From: Alphaproteobacteria bacterium
GTDB lineage: Bacteria > Pseudomonadota > Alphaproteobacteria > SP197
Direction: 5' to 3'
Assembly: GCA_964291415.2 (NCBI GenBank)
Contig: OZ219920.1
Location: 608,001 to 672,000, forward strand
Length of the DNA: 64,000 bases
Shown here: in pieces, positions 39,897-55,774 of the stretch
Numbering within the stretch: the stretch's first letter is position 1
Layout of the letters: each line of letters starts with the position of its first letter
Position numbers and translations under genes: made by a program
Notes under the pieces: model-generated
Seen by the model: only the letters and a program-made list of their open reading frames with translations
Told to the model about the DNA's origin: nothing
The model's database searches: none

Positions 39897-40901
39897 TCAC
39901 GCGATACGCAGGCCCCGTTCGTCAAACCGGTGGATGTGGCCGGGATCGGGAGTCATGTAGATGGCGTCGCCGTGGTGCATGTCCACCTCGCCGCCCGAGC
40001 GCACGGTGATCGGCTCGTCGCTGCCATCCATGTGGACATGGAAGAACGTGTCCGAACCCAGATGCTCCGAGACTCCTACGCGGCCCTTCCACGTGCCCTC
40101 GCTCGGCGATGGCGTGATATGCTCCGGCCTGACGCCGATCGTCTGCGCATCGTGTTTGGCGGCCTCGGGTCCTTCCAGGAAGTTCATCCTGGGCGAACCG
40201 ATGAAGCCGGCCACGAATCTGTTCCGTGGCGCACGATAGAGTTCCAGGGGTGAGCCGACCTGTTCGATCCTTCCGGCCTGCAGGACGACGATCTTGTCGG
40301 CCATGGTCATCGCTTCCACCTGATCGTGGGTGACATAGATCATGGTCGTCTTGAGGCGCTCGTGCAGTTCGCTGATCTCGAGGCGCATGCCGACACGCAG
40401 CGCCGCATCGAGGTTTGACAGGGGCTCATCGAAGAGGAAGGCCGCGGGTTCGCGCACGATGGCGCGGCCGATGGCCACCCGCTGGCGCTGGCCGCCGGAG
40501 AGCTGGCCCGGCCGTCGATCCAGATACTCGGTGAGGTTGAGGACGGCGGCTGCCTGCTCGACGCGCCGGTCCTGCTCGGCCTTTTCGAGCTTCGCCATCC
40601 GCAACGGAAAGCTGATGTTCTTTCGGACCGTCATATGGGGATAGAGCGCATAGGACTGGAACACCATGGCGAGACCGCGCTTGGCCGGCGGCACGGCCGT
40701 CGACTCCTGGCCATCAATCCGGATCGTTCCGGAGGAAACGTCCTCAAGTCCCGCGATCAACCTCAGAAGGGTTGACTTGCCGCAACCGGATGGACCGACG
40801 AAAACGACGAACTCGCCATCCTCGATCTGAAGGTCCAGGGGCGGAATGACGGTGACATCGCCGAAACTCTTCTCCACGTTGTCGAGAACGATGTGTCCCA
40901 T
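39897..40901 (-). CDS. smoK: Polyol ABC transporter ATP-binding protein
   Basis: [26 protein letters not shown], and operon context. Confidence 0.92.
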   Translation of the reverse strand: MGHIVLDNVEKSFGDVTVIPPLDLQIEDGEFVVFVGPSGCGKSTLLRLIAGLEDVSSGTIRIDGQESTAVPPAKRGLAMVFQSYALYPHMTVRKNISFPLRMAKLEKAEQDRRVEQAAAVLNLTEYLDRRPGQLSGGQRQRVAIGRAIVREPAAFLFDEPLSNLDAALRVGMRLEISELHERLKTTMIYVTHDQVEAMTMADKIVVLQAGRIEQVGSPLELYRAPRNRFVAGFIGSPRMNFLEGPEAAKHDAQTIGVRPEHITPSPSEGTWKGRVGVSEHLGSDTFFHVHMDGSDEPITVRSGGEVDMHHGDAIYMTPDPGHIHRFDERGLRIA

Positions 40902-40911
40902 TTCCTTGTCC

Positions 40912-41742
40912 TCACTTCACCGCGCCGAAGGTCAGGCCGCGGACGAGTTGCTTTTGACTGAACCACCCGAGTATCAGGATCGGTGCAATGGCCATGGTCG
41001 AAGCCGCGCTCAGCTTGGCATAGAACAGGCCCTCGGGACTCGAATAGCTGGCAATGAAGGCCGTCAGCGGACCGGCCTGCGCCGCGGTGAGGTTCAGAGT
41101 CCAGAATGCCTCGTTCCAGGCCAGAATGAAGTTCAGCAGAATGGTCGATGCAATCCCCGGGATGGCCATGGGCGTCAGGACGTGAATGATCTCGCTTCGC
41201 AGCGATGCGCCGTCCATCCGCGCGGCCTCGAGAATCTCGCCTGGGATCTCCCTGAAATAGGTATAGAGCATCCAGACGATGATCGGCAGGTTGATGAGCA
41301 TCATCACGAGAACGAGCCCGGTGCGGGTGTCGAGGAGCCCCAACTCGATGAAGATCAGGTAGATCGGGTAGAGGGCTCCCACCGCCGGCAGCATCTTGGT
41401 TGACAGCATCCAGAGCAGGACGTCCTTCGTTCTCCTGGACGGCACGAAAGCCATGGACCAGGCGGCAGGGACAGCGACGACGATTCCGACAAGGGTCGAT
41501 ACCCCGGCGATGATCACCGAGTTCCAGAGAAAGCGCATGTAGTCCGAACGCTCCTGCACAACCGCGTAGTTCTCGAGCGTCCAGTCGAAGAAGAAAAAGA
41601 CCGGCGGATCGGCAATCGCCTCCGCCTCGGTCTTGAAGCTCGTCAGGATCGTCCACAGGACCGGAAAGAAGATCAGCAGGCCGATACCCCAGGCGACGGC
41701 CGTGTTGGCGATCTTGCGTTGGTTCGTGACGGTGCGGGCCAT
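40912..41742 (-). CDS. smoG: Polyol ABC transporter permease
   Basis: EAA loop ([10 protein letters not shown]), [15 protein letters not shown], and [12 protein letters not shown]. Confidence 0.92.
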   Translation of the reverse strand: MARTVTNQRKIANTAVAWGIGLLIFFPVLWTILTSFKTEAEAIADPPVFFFFDWTLENYAVVQERSDYMRFLWNSVIIAGVSTLVGIVVAVPAAWSMAFVPSRRTKDVLLWMLSTKMLPAVGALYPIYLIFIELGLLDTRTGLVLVMMLINLPIIVWMLYTYFREIPGEILEAARMDGASLRSEIIHVLTPMAIPGIASTILLNFILAWNEAFWTLNLTAAQAGPLTAFIASYSSPEGLFYAKLSAASTMAIAPILILGWFSQKQLVRGLTFGAVK

Positions 41743-41754
41743 GGGCTTGTCTCC

Positions 41755-42621
41755 TCACGCGTCCAGATTCTTGCCGACAATGCGCATCAGGAAGAGCGCC
41801 ACGATGTTGGCGAGGATGATCGCATAGACGCCACCGGCCGATCCGAGACCGACATTCTGGCTCTCCAGGACACGCTGGAAGATCAGGTACGCCAGTGTTC
41901 GCGTTCCGAAGGAGCCCTGCGTCGTCACGAAGATCTCGGCAAAGATGGACAGCAGGAAGATCGTCTGGATCAACACGACAATCGTGATGGCCTGACTGAG
42001 GTGCGGCAGAATGATGTGGCCGAACCGCGCCAGCGGGGAGGCTCCGTCCATCTCCGCCGCTTCGAGCTGCTCGCTGTCGAGCGACTGTATCGCCGTCAGC
42101 AGGATCAACGTTGCGAAGGGCAGCCATTGCCACGAAACGATCATGACAATGGAGAGCATCGAGGCCTGGCTCAGCCATTCAACGGGTGCCAGACCGAAGA
42201 ACTTCCACAGGTGGGCGAACAGCCCGTTCACGGGGTCCATGAACATGTTCTTCCAGACCAGTGCCGAGACCGTCGGCATGACGAAGAACGGTGCGATCAC
42301 CAGGATCCGGACAATACCCTGTCCCCACATGGGCTGATCGAGCAGGAGCGCCAGAAGCACACCCAGGATCACCGTGATCAGGAGCACGCCGCCCACGATG
42401 AGGAGCGTTGTCTGCACGCTCGGCCAGAACGAGCTTGAGGTCACAAAACGTACGTAGTTGTCGAAACCGACCCACCCCTGATCGCCGCCGCGAAGTGGCA
42501 GATAGCGCTTGAACGAGAAGTAGAGCGTCATGGACAGGGGCACGAGCATCCAGACGAGGAGCAGGAAAACCGCAGGCGCCAACATCGCGCGGGCAGCGGA
42601 TCTGGAATGCTGGGTAGCCAC
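41755..42621 (-). CDS. smoF: Polyol ABC transporter permease
   Basis: WQWLPFATLILLT, EAAEMDGA, and multiple TM segments. Confidence 0.92.
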   Translation of the reverse strand: MATQHSRSAARAMLAPAVFLLLVWMLVPLSMTLYFSFKRYLPLRGGDQGWVGFDNYVRFVTSSSFWPSVQTTLLIVGGVLLITVILGVLLALLLDQPMWGQGIVRILVIAPFFVMPTVSALVWKNMFMDPVNGLFAHLWKFFGLAPVEWLSQASMLSIVMIVSWQWLPFATLILLTAIQSLDSEQLEAAEMDGASPLARFGHIILPHLSQAITIVVLIQTIFLLSIFAEIFVTTQGSFGTRTLAYLIFQRVLESQNVGLGSAGGVYAIILANIVALFLMRIVGKNLDA

Positions 42622-42662
42622 GACGCGTCTCCTTCCTGGGCTAGATCAAGGAGAGTCTGCGG

Positions 42663-42690
42663 CCGGAGGACAGCCGACGCTGCCCTCCGG
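42663..42690 (-). terminator. GC-rich stem-loop between smoE and smoF (mRNA stabiliser or attenuator)
   Basis: CCGGAGGGCAGC-GTCG-GCTGTCCTCCGG on the minus strand, with no U-tract. Confidence 0.45.
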
Positions 42691-42804
42691 CGCCTGAGGA
42701 TGTCTCACACCGATTCGGACCATGAGTTTCGCCTGTCGAGATCATCGATCCTCCGGGTTGCCGAACGTGAGTAATCCTCCCGGGACGTCACCCGGTGTCG
42801 CTTC

Positions 42805-44124
42805 CTAGTAGCCGGCCGCCTCCATTTCATCGACCGTCAGGGCCTGTGCCTTCTCGAGCGCTTCGGCGACGGTCTGCTGGCCTGCCAGCGCGGCCGAGAA
42901 CTCCTGCCCCACCTGCGTGGCGATGCCTGCAAACTCCGGAATCGCGACGAACTGCACGCCGGTGTAGGGAACCGGATCGACGGTCGGCTGAGTCGGGTCG
43001 GCGGCGTTGATCGAGTTCAGCGTCATCTCGGCGAATGGCGCCGCCTCGAGATAGGCCGCGTTCTCGTACAGCGAGGTCCGTGTGCCTGGCGGGACATTGG
43101 CCCAGCCTTCCTTCGACGCCACCAACTCCGTGTATTCCTTGCTGGTCGCCCAGGCGACGAACTTCTTGGCCGCGTCCGTGGCGTCCGATCCCGCCGGAAT
43201 GGCCAGCGACCAGGCCCAGAGCCAGTTTCCGCGCTTGCCGAGGCCGTTGTCCGGCGCCAGAGCGAATCCGACACGGTCGGCCACGGTCGAGTCGTTGGGG
43301 TTGGTCACGAACGAGGCGGCGACCGTCGCATCAATCCACATGCCGCACTTGCCTTGCTGGAAGAGCGAGAGGTTTTCGTTGAACCCGTTGGTCGAGGATC
43401 CCGGAGGTCCGTAGCTCTTCATGAGGTCCATGTAGAAGTTGAGCGTGTTGGCCCACGCCTCGCTGTCGAACTGCGGTCGCCAGTCCTCGTCGAACCAGCG
43501 TGCGCCGAAGGAGTTCGACGTGGCGGTAATGAACGCCATGTTCTCGCCCCAGCCGGCCTTGCCGCGCAGGCAGACCCCGTAAATCTCGCCGTCCTTGTCA
43601 GTCATCGCGGCCGCCGCTTCCCTGATGAACTCCCAGGTCGGGGCGTCCGGCATCTCCAGACCGGCCTTCTCCATCAGGTCGGTCCGATACATCACCATGG
43701 AACTTTCACCGTAGAACGGCGCAGCGTAGAGCTCTCCGTCCACGGTCAGGCCGGCGCGGATCGCGGGCAGAAGATCGTCGGCATCCCACTCGGGCGGGAG
43801 ATCGTTGAGCGATACGAGCCAGCCATTCCGACTCCAGATCGGAACCTCGTAGGTGCCGATGGTCAGGACGTCGAACTGGCCGCCCTTCGCGGCGATGTCC
43901 TGGGTCACGCGCTGGCGCAGCACGTTTTCTTCGAGCGTCACCCATTCGAGGGCGACGTCGGGATTCCGGGACGTGAAATCCTCCGTCAGCCCCTGCATCC
44001 GGATCATGTCGCCATTGTTGACGGTGGCAATGGTGACAGTGACGGTGTGCGAGTCGGCATGGGCGCCGGTGGTTCCGATGAGCGCAACCGCACAGGCTGC
44101 GCGGAGCACGGTCTTCAGGTTCAT
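42805..44124 (-). CDS. smoE: Sorbitol/mannitol ABC transporter substrate-binding protein
   Basis: Signal peptide, TIATVNNGDMIRMQ, LEENVLRQRVT, and PYTGVQFVAIPEF. Confidence 0.93.
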   Translation of the reverse strand: MNLKTVLRAACAVALIGTTGAHADSHTVTVTIATVNNGDMIRMQGLTEDFTSRNPDVALEWVTLEENVLRQRVTQDIAAKGGQFDVLTIGTYEVPIWSRNGWLVSLNDLPPEWDADDLLPAIRAGLTVDGELYAAPFYGESSMVMYRTDLMEKAGLEMPDAPTWEFIREAAAAMTDKDGEIYGVCLRGKAGWGENMAFITATSNSFGARWFDEDWRPQFDSEAWANTLNFYMDLMKSYGPPGSSTNGFNENLSLFQQGKCGMWIDATVAASFVTNPNDSTVADRVGFALAPDNGLGKRGNWLWAWSLAIPAGSDATDAAKKFVAWATSKEYTELVASKEGWANVPPGTRTSLYENAAYLEAAPFAEMTLNSINAADPTQPTVDPVPYTGVQFVAIPEFAGIATQVGQEFSAALAGQQTVAEALEKAQALTVDEMEAAGY

Positions 44125-44331
44125 GTGTTTCTCCTCAGATGTTTCGATGGCCTATTCAGATGGACTTGGTTGCACATTCCCTTGTCGAGTTCGAACCGCC
44201 TGGGTGGCAATGCCGGCGACTTCCTGAACCCGGTTCAGCACGCCGCCGGAAATCCTGACTTGCCAGGAGCCTGAGTATCCGCAACCCGCAGGCCAGGCCA
44301 CCCTTCGTGCTTCGGCACCCGACTGCCCGGT

Positions 44332-44385
44332 ATCATCTTCAATGAACACCTGCTGTCAATAAATAAATGCGGTTGATTTTGTATT
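44332..44385 (-). promoter_or_regulatory. Putative smo promoter and AT-rich operator
   Basis: TTGACA (44359..44354) with GATGAT 16 nt downstream. Adjacent imperfect palindrome AATAAATAAATGCGGTTGATTTTGTATT. Confidence 0.45.
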
Positions 44386-44565
44386 GGCGTGCAAGGCGAG
44401 ATCGGCGATGATGCCTTGAGTGAATGACACCATGACTGGCATTCACGTCCTGCCGGCGAGGCGGACTGTTCGCGACCTCTCGAACGAAGGTTCGGAGGCG
44501 TTGCGGCGCTCAACGGCCGATGTCGCGTTGCGTGCCGCCGGGTTCTGCATTCTAAGGAGGAAGGA

Positions 44566-45834
44566 ATGAGCGCTGTCTCCGTGGGTACGGGCGTGCTGAC
44601 CCGACAGTCGATGGCATTCGTCCTTGCCGGAGGGCGTGGCAGTCGTCTTGAAGAACTGACGCAGAAGCGAGCGAAACCGGCGGTGTTCTTCGGCGGCAAG
44701 AGCCGCATCATCGACTTCGCGCTGTCCAACGCCGTCAACTCCGGCATTCGGCGCATCGGCGTGGCCACCCAATACAAGGCCCACAGCCTGATCCGACACC
44801 TGCAACGCGGCTGGAGCTTCTTCCAGGCCGAGCGCAACGAGATGCTCGACGTGCTGCCCGCCTCCCAGCGGGTCGACGAAGGGCAGTGGTATCTCGGCAC
44901 CGCGGATGCCGTCACCCAGAACATCGACATCATCGAGAGCTACGGGGTGCGGTTCATCGTCGTCCTGGCCGGCGACCACGTCTACAAGATGGACTACGGC
45001 GTCATGCTGGCGCAGCACGTCGACTCTGGCGCCGACGTGACGGTCGGCTGCGTCCAGGTGCCCCGGATGGAAGCCACCGGCTTCGGCGTGATGCACGTGG
45101 ACGAAGCGAGCCGCATCATCCGGTTCGTCGAGAAGCCGGCCGACCCGCCCGGCATCCCGGATGACCCGGATCACGCCCTGGCCTCGATGGGCATCTACGT
45201 CTTCGAGACCGGCTTCCTGATCGACCAGCTCCGCCGGGATGCGGCGGATCCGGACTCCGGTCACGACTTCGGCAGGAACCTCATCCCCCACGTGGTCGAG
45301 CACGGCAAGGCGGTGGCGCACCGCTTCTCCGACTCCTGCGTCATGACCGGTTCCGAGCCACGCCCCTACTGGCGCGACGTCGGCACCGTGGACTCCTACT
45401 GGCGCGCCAACATCGACCTCATCGACGTTGAGCCGGAGCTCGACATCTACTCCCGCGACTGGCCCATCTGGACCTACGGCGAAGTGACGCCGCCCGCCAA
45501 GTTCATCCACGACGACGAGGATCGGCGCGGTTCCGCGGTGTCCTCCATGGTCTCGGGCGGCTGCGTCATATCGGGCTCCAGCGTTCACCGGAGCCTGCTT
45601 TTCACCGGAGTCCACTGCCACTCCTACAGTCAGCTTGAGGGAGTGGTCGCGTTGCCGTACAGCGTCATCAGCCGAAACGCGCGTCTGACCCGAGTCGTGC
45701 TGGACAGGGGTGTGAGCTTGCCGGAGGGCCTGGTGGCGGGCGAAGACCCCGCGGAGGACGCCAGGCGGTTTCGGGTTACCAGTGGAGGGGTCACACTGAT
45801 AACCCAGACGATGATCGACGCCCTGGACCGCTGA
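44566..45834 (+). CDS. glgC: Glucose-1-phosphate adenylyltransferase
   Basis: [33 protein letters not shown], and YWRDVGT. Confidence 0.97.
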   Translation: MSAVSVGTGVLTRQSMAFVLAGGRGSRLEELTQKRAKPAVFFGGKSRIIDFALSNAVNSGIRRIGVATQYKAHSLIRHLQRGWSFFQAERNEMLDVLPASQRVDEGQWYLGTADAVTQNIDIIESYGVRFIVVLAGDHVYKMDYGVMLAQHVDSGADVTVGCVQVPRMEATGFGVMHVDEASRIIRFVEKPADPPGIPDDPDHALASMGIYVFETGFLIDQLRRDAADPDSGHDFGRNLIPHVVEHGKAVAHRFSDSCVMTGSEPRPYWRDVGTVDSYWRANIDLIDVEPELDIYSRDWPIWTYGEVTPPAKFIHDDEDRRGSAVSSMVSGGCVISGSSVHRSLLFTGVHCHSYSQLEGVVALPYSVISRNARLTRVVLDRGVSLPEGLVAGEDPAEDARRFRVTSGGVTLITQTMIDALDR

Positions 45835-45961
45835 CGTCCCGGCAACCGAGGATCACAGACAACCGTGACCAGGTGGCTCAGACGTGCGCGTGGCTGGCAG
45901 GGATGGATGCATCCAGGGGTCTGAATCGGGGCCGTTGAAACGAGTGGGAATCCGAGAACAC

Positions 45962-47407
45962 ATGAAGGTGTTGTCCGTTGCCTCCGAGTGCGTGCCCTTC
46001 GCCAAGACGGGTGGTCTCGCCGATGTGGTCGGCGCCCTTCCGGGTGCGCTGGCTCAACTCGGCGTCGAGGTGCGTGTGCTGATGCCGGGCTATCCGACCG
46101 TGAAGACGATGCTTCCCGAGGACGCCGAGGCCTGCGAGTTCGAGCGGCTGCCCGGCGGGCGGGCGCGCGTCCTCACGGCACGGGCCGGCGGACTGGATGC
46201 CATCGTTCTGGATGCGCCTCGACTGTTCGACCGGCCCGGCAATCCCTACCTCGGACCGGACGGCCGGGACTGGCCCGACAATCATCTTCGGTATGGCGCC
46301 CTCTGCCGCGCTGCGGCGAGAATTGCCGTCTCCGGGATCGACGGCTGGCGGCCGGACGTCGTGCACCTGCACGACTGGCAGGCGGGCCTGGCTGCGGCCT
46401 ACCTCAAGCTCGGCCGCCATCCCGCGCCCCCCAGTGTGCTGACCCTCCACAACATCGCCTTTCAGGGCCTCTTTCCATCGGACGTGACGACACCGCTGCA
46501 ATTGCCCAGGAGCGGGTTTCACGCCAGCGGTTTCGAGTTCTTCGGCCAGGTCGGCTTCCTCAAGGCCGGCCTGGTCTACGCGGACCGGATTACGACAGTC
46601 AGCCCGGCCTATGCCCGCGAGCTGACGCGTCCGGAGTTCGGAATGGGCCTGGAGGGAGTGATCGCGTCGCGTCGCGCCGACGTGCTCGGCATCCTGAACG
46701 GCATCGACCTCGAGGTCTGGAATCCGCAGAGCGATTCCGACATTGCCGCGCAATACTCCGCTGAAGCGCCAGCCGGCAAGGTCGTCAACCGCGTTGCTCT
46801 GGCCCAGGCGTTCAACCTCGATGCCAACGCCGCAAGCCCCCTGTTCTGCGTGGTCAGCCGACTCACCCGGCAAAAGGGTCTGGATCTGCTGCTGGAGATT
46901 CTGCCCCGTCTGCTGGCGCGCGGCGCCAGCCTCGCTGTGCTCGGATCCGGCGATGCGGATCTGGAGAGCGCATTGCAAACGGCAGCCGCGGACCACCCCG
47001 GACGAGTCGGTGTGGCCATCGGCTGGGACGAGCCGCTCTCGCACCTGATGCAGGCCGGCGCCGACGCCATCGTGGTCCCGTCGCGCTTCGAGCCCTGCGG
47101 CCTCACCCAGCTCTACGGCCTGCGCTACGGCACCCTGCCGGTGGTGTCCCGCACTGGCGGCCTGGAGGATACCGTGATTGACGCCAACGAAGCGGCGCGT
47201 CGAGCCGGGACAGCGACGGGATTCCAGTTCTCGCCGGTATCGGCATTGCCCCTGGCCGATGCCATCGACCGGGCGTGCGACGCATTCGCCGACCAGGAGC
47301 TGTGGTCGACCATGGTACGACGCGCCATGCGCCATCCGGTCGGCTGGACTGCTTCGGCCGAAGCCTACGCCGGGATCTATTCCGAACTCGCCGGGATCGC
47401 GCCGTGA
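45962..47407 (+). CDS. glgA: Glycogen synthase
   Basis: KTGGLADV, HDWQ, and PSRFEPCGLTQL. Confidence 0.97.
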   Translation: MKVLSVASECVPFAKTGGLADVVGALPGALAQLGVEVRVLMPGYPTVKTMLPEDAEACEFERLPGGRARVLTARAGGLDAIVLDAPRLFDRPGNPYLGPDGRDWPDNHLRYGALCRAAARIAVSGIDGWRPDVVHLHDWQAGLAAAYLKLGRHPAPPSVLTLHNIAFQGLFPSDVTTPLQLPRSGFHASGFEFFGQVGFLKAGLVYADRITTVSPAYARELTRPEFGMGLEGVIASRRADVLGILNGIDLEVWNPQSDSDIAAQYSAEAPAGKVVNRVALAQAFNLDANAASPLFCVVSRLTRQKGLDLLLEILPRLLARGASLAVLGSGDADLESALQTAAADHPGRVGVAIGWDEPLSHLMQAGADAIVVPSRFEPCGLTQLYGLRYGTLPVVSRTGGLEDTVIDANEAARRAGTATGFQFSPVSALPLADAIDRACDAFADQELWSTMVRRAMRHPVGWTASAEAYAGIYSELAGIAP

Positions 47408-49505
47408 AGGCCAGGGCCGCGCGGGAGGTCATGTCCGGCAGGCCGGATCCCCTCGGCGTCCATTGGGACGGCGAGGGTGTGAACGTCGCGGTGTTCTCGG
47501 AAAACGCGACCGGAATCGAGATCTGCCTGTTCTGCGAGGACGGGCAGCGGGAGACGGAGCGCCTGGCGTTGCCGGAAAGAAGCGGGTCCGTGTGGCACGG
47601 CTATCTGCCCGGTCTCGCGCCCGGAGCACTGTACGGTCTGCGTGCCCACGGCCCCTACGCGCCGGAGCGTGGTCACCGTTTCAATCCCAACAAGCTGCTG
47701 CTCGATCCCTATGCCCGCAGATTGCACGGACGATTCTTCGTCGGCGATGCGTGTCTCGGCTACGATCCCGCGTCTTCCGAGGGAGACCTCTCGTTCTCCT
47801 GCGTGGACAGCGCCCCAGAGATGCCGAAGTGCGTGGTGACGGCACCCGCCCCGCCGGTGCCTGAGGGCGAGCGGCCCAACACGGCCTGGTCCGAGACCGT
47901 GATCTACGAAGCCCATCCCAAGGGGCTCACGCGTCTGTGGCCGAAGCTGCCGGAAGAGCTGCGCGGCACCTACGAAGCCCTCGGCGCGGAGCCGGTGCTG
48001 GAACATCTCACCTCGCTCGGCATCACCGCGCTGGAACTCCTGCCGGTCCATTCGTTTGCTGACGAACGCCGGCTTCTCCGGTCGGGTCTCGTCAACTACT
48101 GGGGGTACAACAGCATCGGTTTCTTCGCACTCGAACCACGGTACGTCGGTCGAGCAGGTCCCGGCGGCTTTCGCGACACAGTGCGAAGGCTCCATGCCGC
48201 GGGAATCGAGGTCATCCTGGACGTCGTCTACAACCACACCGCCGAGGGGGACGAGAACGGGCCGACCCTCTCGCTGCGCGGGCTGGACAACGCCGCCTAC
48301 TATCGCCTTTGCTGCGGGGAGGAGCGCTACTACTGCAACGAATCCGGTTGCGGCAACGCCCTCGATGTCTCCCACCCCTTTGTTCTCCGACTGCTCCTGG
48401 ACAGCCTGCGCTGGTGGGTCGAGGCCATGGGTGTCGACGGCTTCCGCTTCGATCTGGCGACCACTCTTGGACGGGATGCCCATGGTTTCGACGCCCGCGG
48501 CGGTTTCTTCGATGCCCTGCGACAGGATCCGGTGCTGGGGCAGGCGAAGCTGATCGTCGAGCCATGGGATCTGGGTTCCGGAGGATATCGCCTGGGCGAG
48601 TTTCCGCCCGGATGTGCGGAGTGGAACGACAGGTTCCGCGACGGAGTGCGCCGCTTTTGGCGCGGCGATGCGCACGCTGCACAGGAATTCGCGGAGCGGC
48701 TTCTCGGATCGGCCGGCACCTTCGACCGCGACGGACGCCAGAGCTGGTCCTCGGTGAACTACGCGGCCTCTCACGACGGCTTCACCCTCGCCGACGTCAC
48801 CGCCTACAACGAAAGGCGCAACGAGGCCAACGGCGAGGAAAACCGGGATGGTCACAAGGAGAACTGGAGTGACAACTGTGGCGAGGAAGGCGAGAGCGAG
48901 GATGCGGCGATCCGTCTTCGCCGGGCCCGGCGGCGTCGCAACATGCTTGCCAGCGTCTTCCTGGCGCAGGGAACACCGATGCTGCGCGCCGGAGACGAGA
49001 TAGCCGACAGCCAGCGGGGCAACAACAACGCCTATTGCCAGGACAACGAAACAGGCTGGATCGACTGGGAGCATTCCGACACGTTTCTGCTGGCCTTCAC
49101 CCGGCGGCTCATTGCGTTGCGCCGAGCCCATCCGTGTCTCAGGCAGCGCCGGTTTCTGCACGGCCGCGAACACGCCTGCGACGGCGCGCCCGACGTCGCG
49201 TGGCAGGGACTTGAGGGAGGCCCCGTTGACTGGGATGATCCGCATCTCGCGGGCTTCTGCCTGCTGCTCGCAGGGTGTGTCTGCGCCGCCAACGCCGAAC
49301 GTCGCGATCTCGCGGACCGCATGGCTCTCGTCTTCAATCGGTCGCCCAGGATGGTCTCCGTCCACCTGCCCCCGCCTGGCGATGACCGTGTCTGGCTGCG
49401 TACCCTGGAGACCGACTGGTTCGAAGCGCCCCCTTCGGCCTGTATCGACCTTCGACAGGACATACCGCCTGAGTCGGTTGTTGCCTTTGAAGCCGGAGTT
49501 GCTCC

Positions 49506-49509
<4 letters not shown>
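47404..49509 (+). CDS. glgX: Glycogen debranching enzyme
   Basis: NPNKLLLDPYA, NYWGYN, DVVYNHTAEG, DGFRFDLA, and EPWD. Confidence 0.96.
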
Positions 49510-53368
<3,859 letters not shown>

Positions 53369-53370
53369 AC

Positions 53371-55767
53371 ATGAAGACGCCTTCGCCGCCGCCCGACGCA
53401 GCGGGCCTTCGCAGCTCCATCGAGTACCACCTGCGCTACACGACCGGAAAGGCGCCGGCGGCCGCGACCCTGACGGATTGGCGGCTGGCGGTTTCGCGGG
53501 CGGTCCGTGACCTCGTGATCGCACCGTGGTTCGAGACGACGCGGCGGATCTATGCCGAAGACCCGAAGCGGGTCTACTACCTGTCGATGGAATTCCTCAT
53601 TGGTCGCCTGCTCGAGGATGCCGTCGCCAATCTGGGGCTCGACGAAGAGCTCCGGGCGATCGTCGAGGATTTTGGCGTCGATTACCGGGCACTGCTTGCC
53701 GACGAGCCGGACGCTGCGCTCGGCAACGGCGGGCTCGGCCGTCTTGCCGCGTGTTTCCTGGATTCCATGTCCACAGTTGGCCTGGCGGCCTACGGCTACG
53801 GCATTCGCTACGCGCATGGCCTGTTTCAGCAATCCTTCAAGGACGGCTGGCAGGTCGAGGAGGCGGAGGACTGGCTGCGCCAGGTTCATCCCTGGGAATT
53901 TGAACGGCCTGAGGCCAGCCACGCGGTCCACTTCGGCGGTTCCGTGCGCACCGACGGCACCCGCACCACCTGGACGCCCGACGAGACCGTGCTGGCCGTC
54001 GCCTACGATACGCCGATTCCGGGCTGGCGAGGGCGCTGGTCCAATACGCTGCGGTTGTGGTCCGCCAAGCCGGTGCTGGAGTTCGACCTCGAGCCATTCA
54101 ACCGGGGCGATTACGTGGCCGCGGCCGTTCCCTCGGTTCTGGCAGAAACCATTAGCCGCGTGCTCTACCCCGACGATACGACCGAACAGGGCCGGGAACT
54201 GAGGCTGAAGCAGGAATACTTCTTCTCCGCCGCCTCCATTTCCGACATCGTGCGGCGGTTCCTCGCGCATCATGACGACGTGTCCGGGCTGCCCGGCGCC
54301 ATCGCAATCCAGCTCAACGACACCCACCCGGCCATCGCCATTCCGGAGCTGGTCCGCCTGCTGGTTGATGACCACCGGCAATCCTTCGCCGACGCCTTCG
54401 AGATCGCCCGCGCCTGTTTCCACTACACCAACCACACCCTGCTTCCGGAGGCGCTGGAACGCTGGCCGGTGGATCTGATCGGCCGGATCCTGCCTCGGCA
54501 CCTGGAACTCATCGAGCTCATCGACGCGTATCACGCCCGTGTGGTGCCGCGGTCCGACAGTGTCAGGGTGATCGACGGCGGCGAGGTGCGCATGGGAGAT
54601 CTGGCCTTCATTGGCTCCCGCCGTGTCAACGGTGTGTCGGCCCTTCACACCGAACTGATGAAACAGACCGTGTTCAGGGACCTAAACGCACTGCATCCCG
54701 AGCGTATCGTGAACCAGACCAACGGAGTGACTCCCCGACGCTGGCTCCACAACAGCAATCCGGCGCTTCGCAACCTTTTGAAGGAGGTCGATGGCGAGGC
54801 CTGGGTGACCGATCTGGAGCGCCTGGAGTGTCTCGTGCCATTGGCCGACGACCCGGCCTTTCGCGCGCGTTTCGCCGACGCCAAGTTCGCCAACAAGCGC
54901 CGCCTCGCCGAGTGGCTGGACCGCAGTCTCGGGATCAAGGTGGACCCGGAAGCCATGTTCGACGTCCAGATCAAGCGGATCCACGAATACAAGCGCCAGC
55001 TCATGAACATCCTTCATGCGGCCGCGATATGGAACCGGATCCGCCGCAACCCCGATGTGGACTGGGTGCCGCGAGTCAAGATTATCGCCGGCAAGGCGGC
55101 TCCCGGGTACGCCATGGCCAAACTGGTGATCAAGCTGATCAACGACATTGCCGCCGCCGTCAACTCGGACCCGCGCATGTCCGGACGCCTGCAAGTCGTC
55201 TATCCACCCGACTACAATGTGTCCATGGCGGAGATCCTTGTCCCTGCCTCCGACCTCTCGGAGCAGATTTCGACCGCCGGCATGGAAGCCTCGGGCACCG
55301 GCAACATGAAACTCGCCATGAACGGCTCCCTCACTGTCGGCACCCTGGATGGAGCCAACGTCGAAATCGGCGAGGCCGTGGGCTGGGACAACATCTTCAT
55401 CTTCGGACAGACAGCCGAGGAGGTGGCCGCGAGCCGCGTGGCGGGCCACCGGCCCGAGCACCACATTGCTGCTGATCCGCTGCTGGCCGAAGTGCTCGAC
55501 CAAGTCGAGTCCGGTCTCTTTTCTCCGGACGATCCGCACCGCTACGCAGCGTTGATCGACAACCTGCGCCATCACGACTGGTTCATGGTCACCGCCGACT
55601 TCTCTGCCTACCGGAAGATCCAGGACCGGATCGACGCGGCCTGGCGGGACCGGGACGACTGGAATCGGCGCTCGGTGCTCAACACCGCCCGCATGGGCCG
55701 GTTCTCCTCTGATCGCACCATCCGCGGCTATGCCCGAGACATCTGGGACGCCACCGCGGCGTTTTGA
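53371..55767 (+). CDS. glgP: Glycogen phosphorylase
   Basis: LGNGGLGRLAACF, QLNDTHP, KRIHEYKRQ, and EASGTGNMK. Confidence 0.97.
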   Translation: MKTPSPPPDAAGLRSSIEYHLRYTTGKAPAAATLTDWRLAVSRAVRDLVIAPWFETTRRIYAEDPKRVYYLSMEFLIGRLLEDAVANLGLDEELRAIVEDFGVDYRALLADEPDAALGNGGLGRLAACFLDSMSTVGLAAYGYGIRYAHGLFQQSFKDGWQVEEAEDWLRQVHPWEFERPEASHAVHFGGSVRTDGTRTTWTPDETVLAVAYDTPIPGWRGRWSNTLRLWSAKPVLEFDLEPFNRGDYVAAAVPSVLAETISRVLYPDDTTEQGRELRLKQEYFFSAASISDIVRRFLAHHDDVSGLPGAIAIQLNDTHPAIAIPELVRLLVDDHRQSFADAFEIARACFHYTNHTLLPEALERWPVDLIGRILPRHLELIELIDAYHARVVPRSDSVRVIDGGEVRMGDLAFIGSRRVNGVSALHTELMKQTVFRDLNALHPERIVNQTNGVTPRRWLHNSNPALRNLLKEVDGEAWVTDLERLECLVPLADDPAFRARFADAKFANKRRLAEWLDRSLGIKVDPEAMFDVQIKRIHEYKRQLMNILHAAAIWNRIRRNPDVDWVPRVKIIAGKAAPGYAMAKLVIKLINDIAAAVNSDPRMSGRLQVVYPPDYNVSMAEILVPASDLSEQISTAGMEASGTGNMKLAMNGSLTVGTLDGANVEIGEAVGWDNIFIFGQTAEEVAASRVAGHRPEHHIAADPLLAEVLDQVESGLFSPDDPHRYAALIDNLRHHDWFMVTADFSAYRKIQDRIDAAWRDRDDWNRRSVLNTARMGRFSSDRTIRGYARDIWDATAAF

Positions 55768-55774
55768 CGATCAG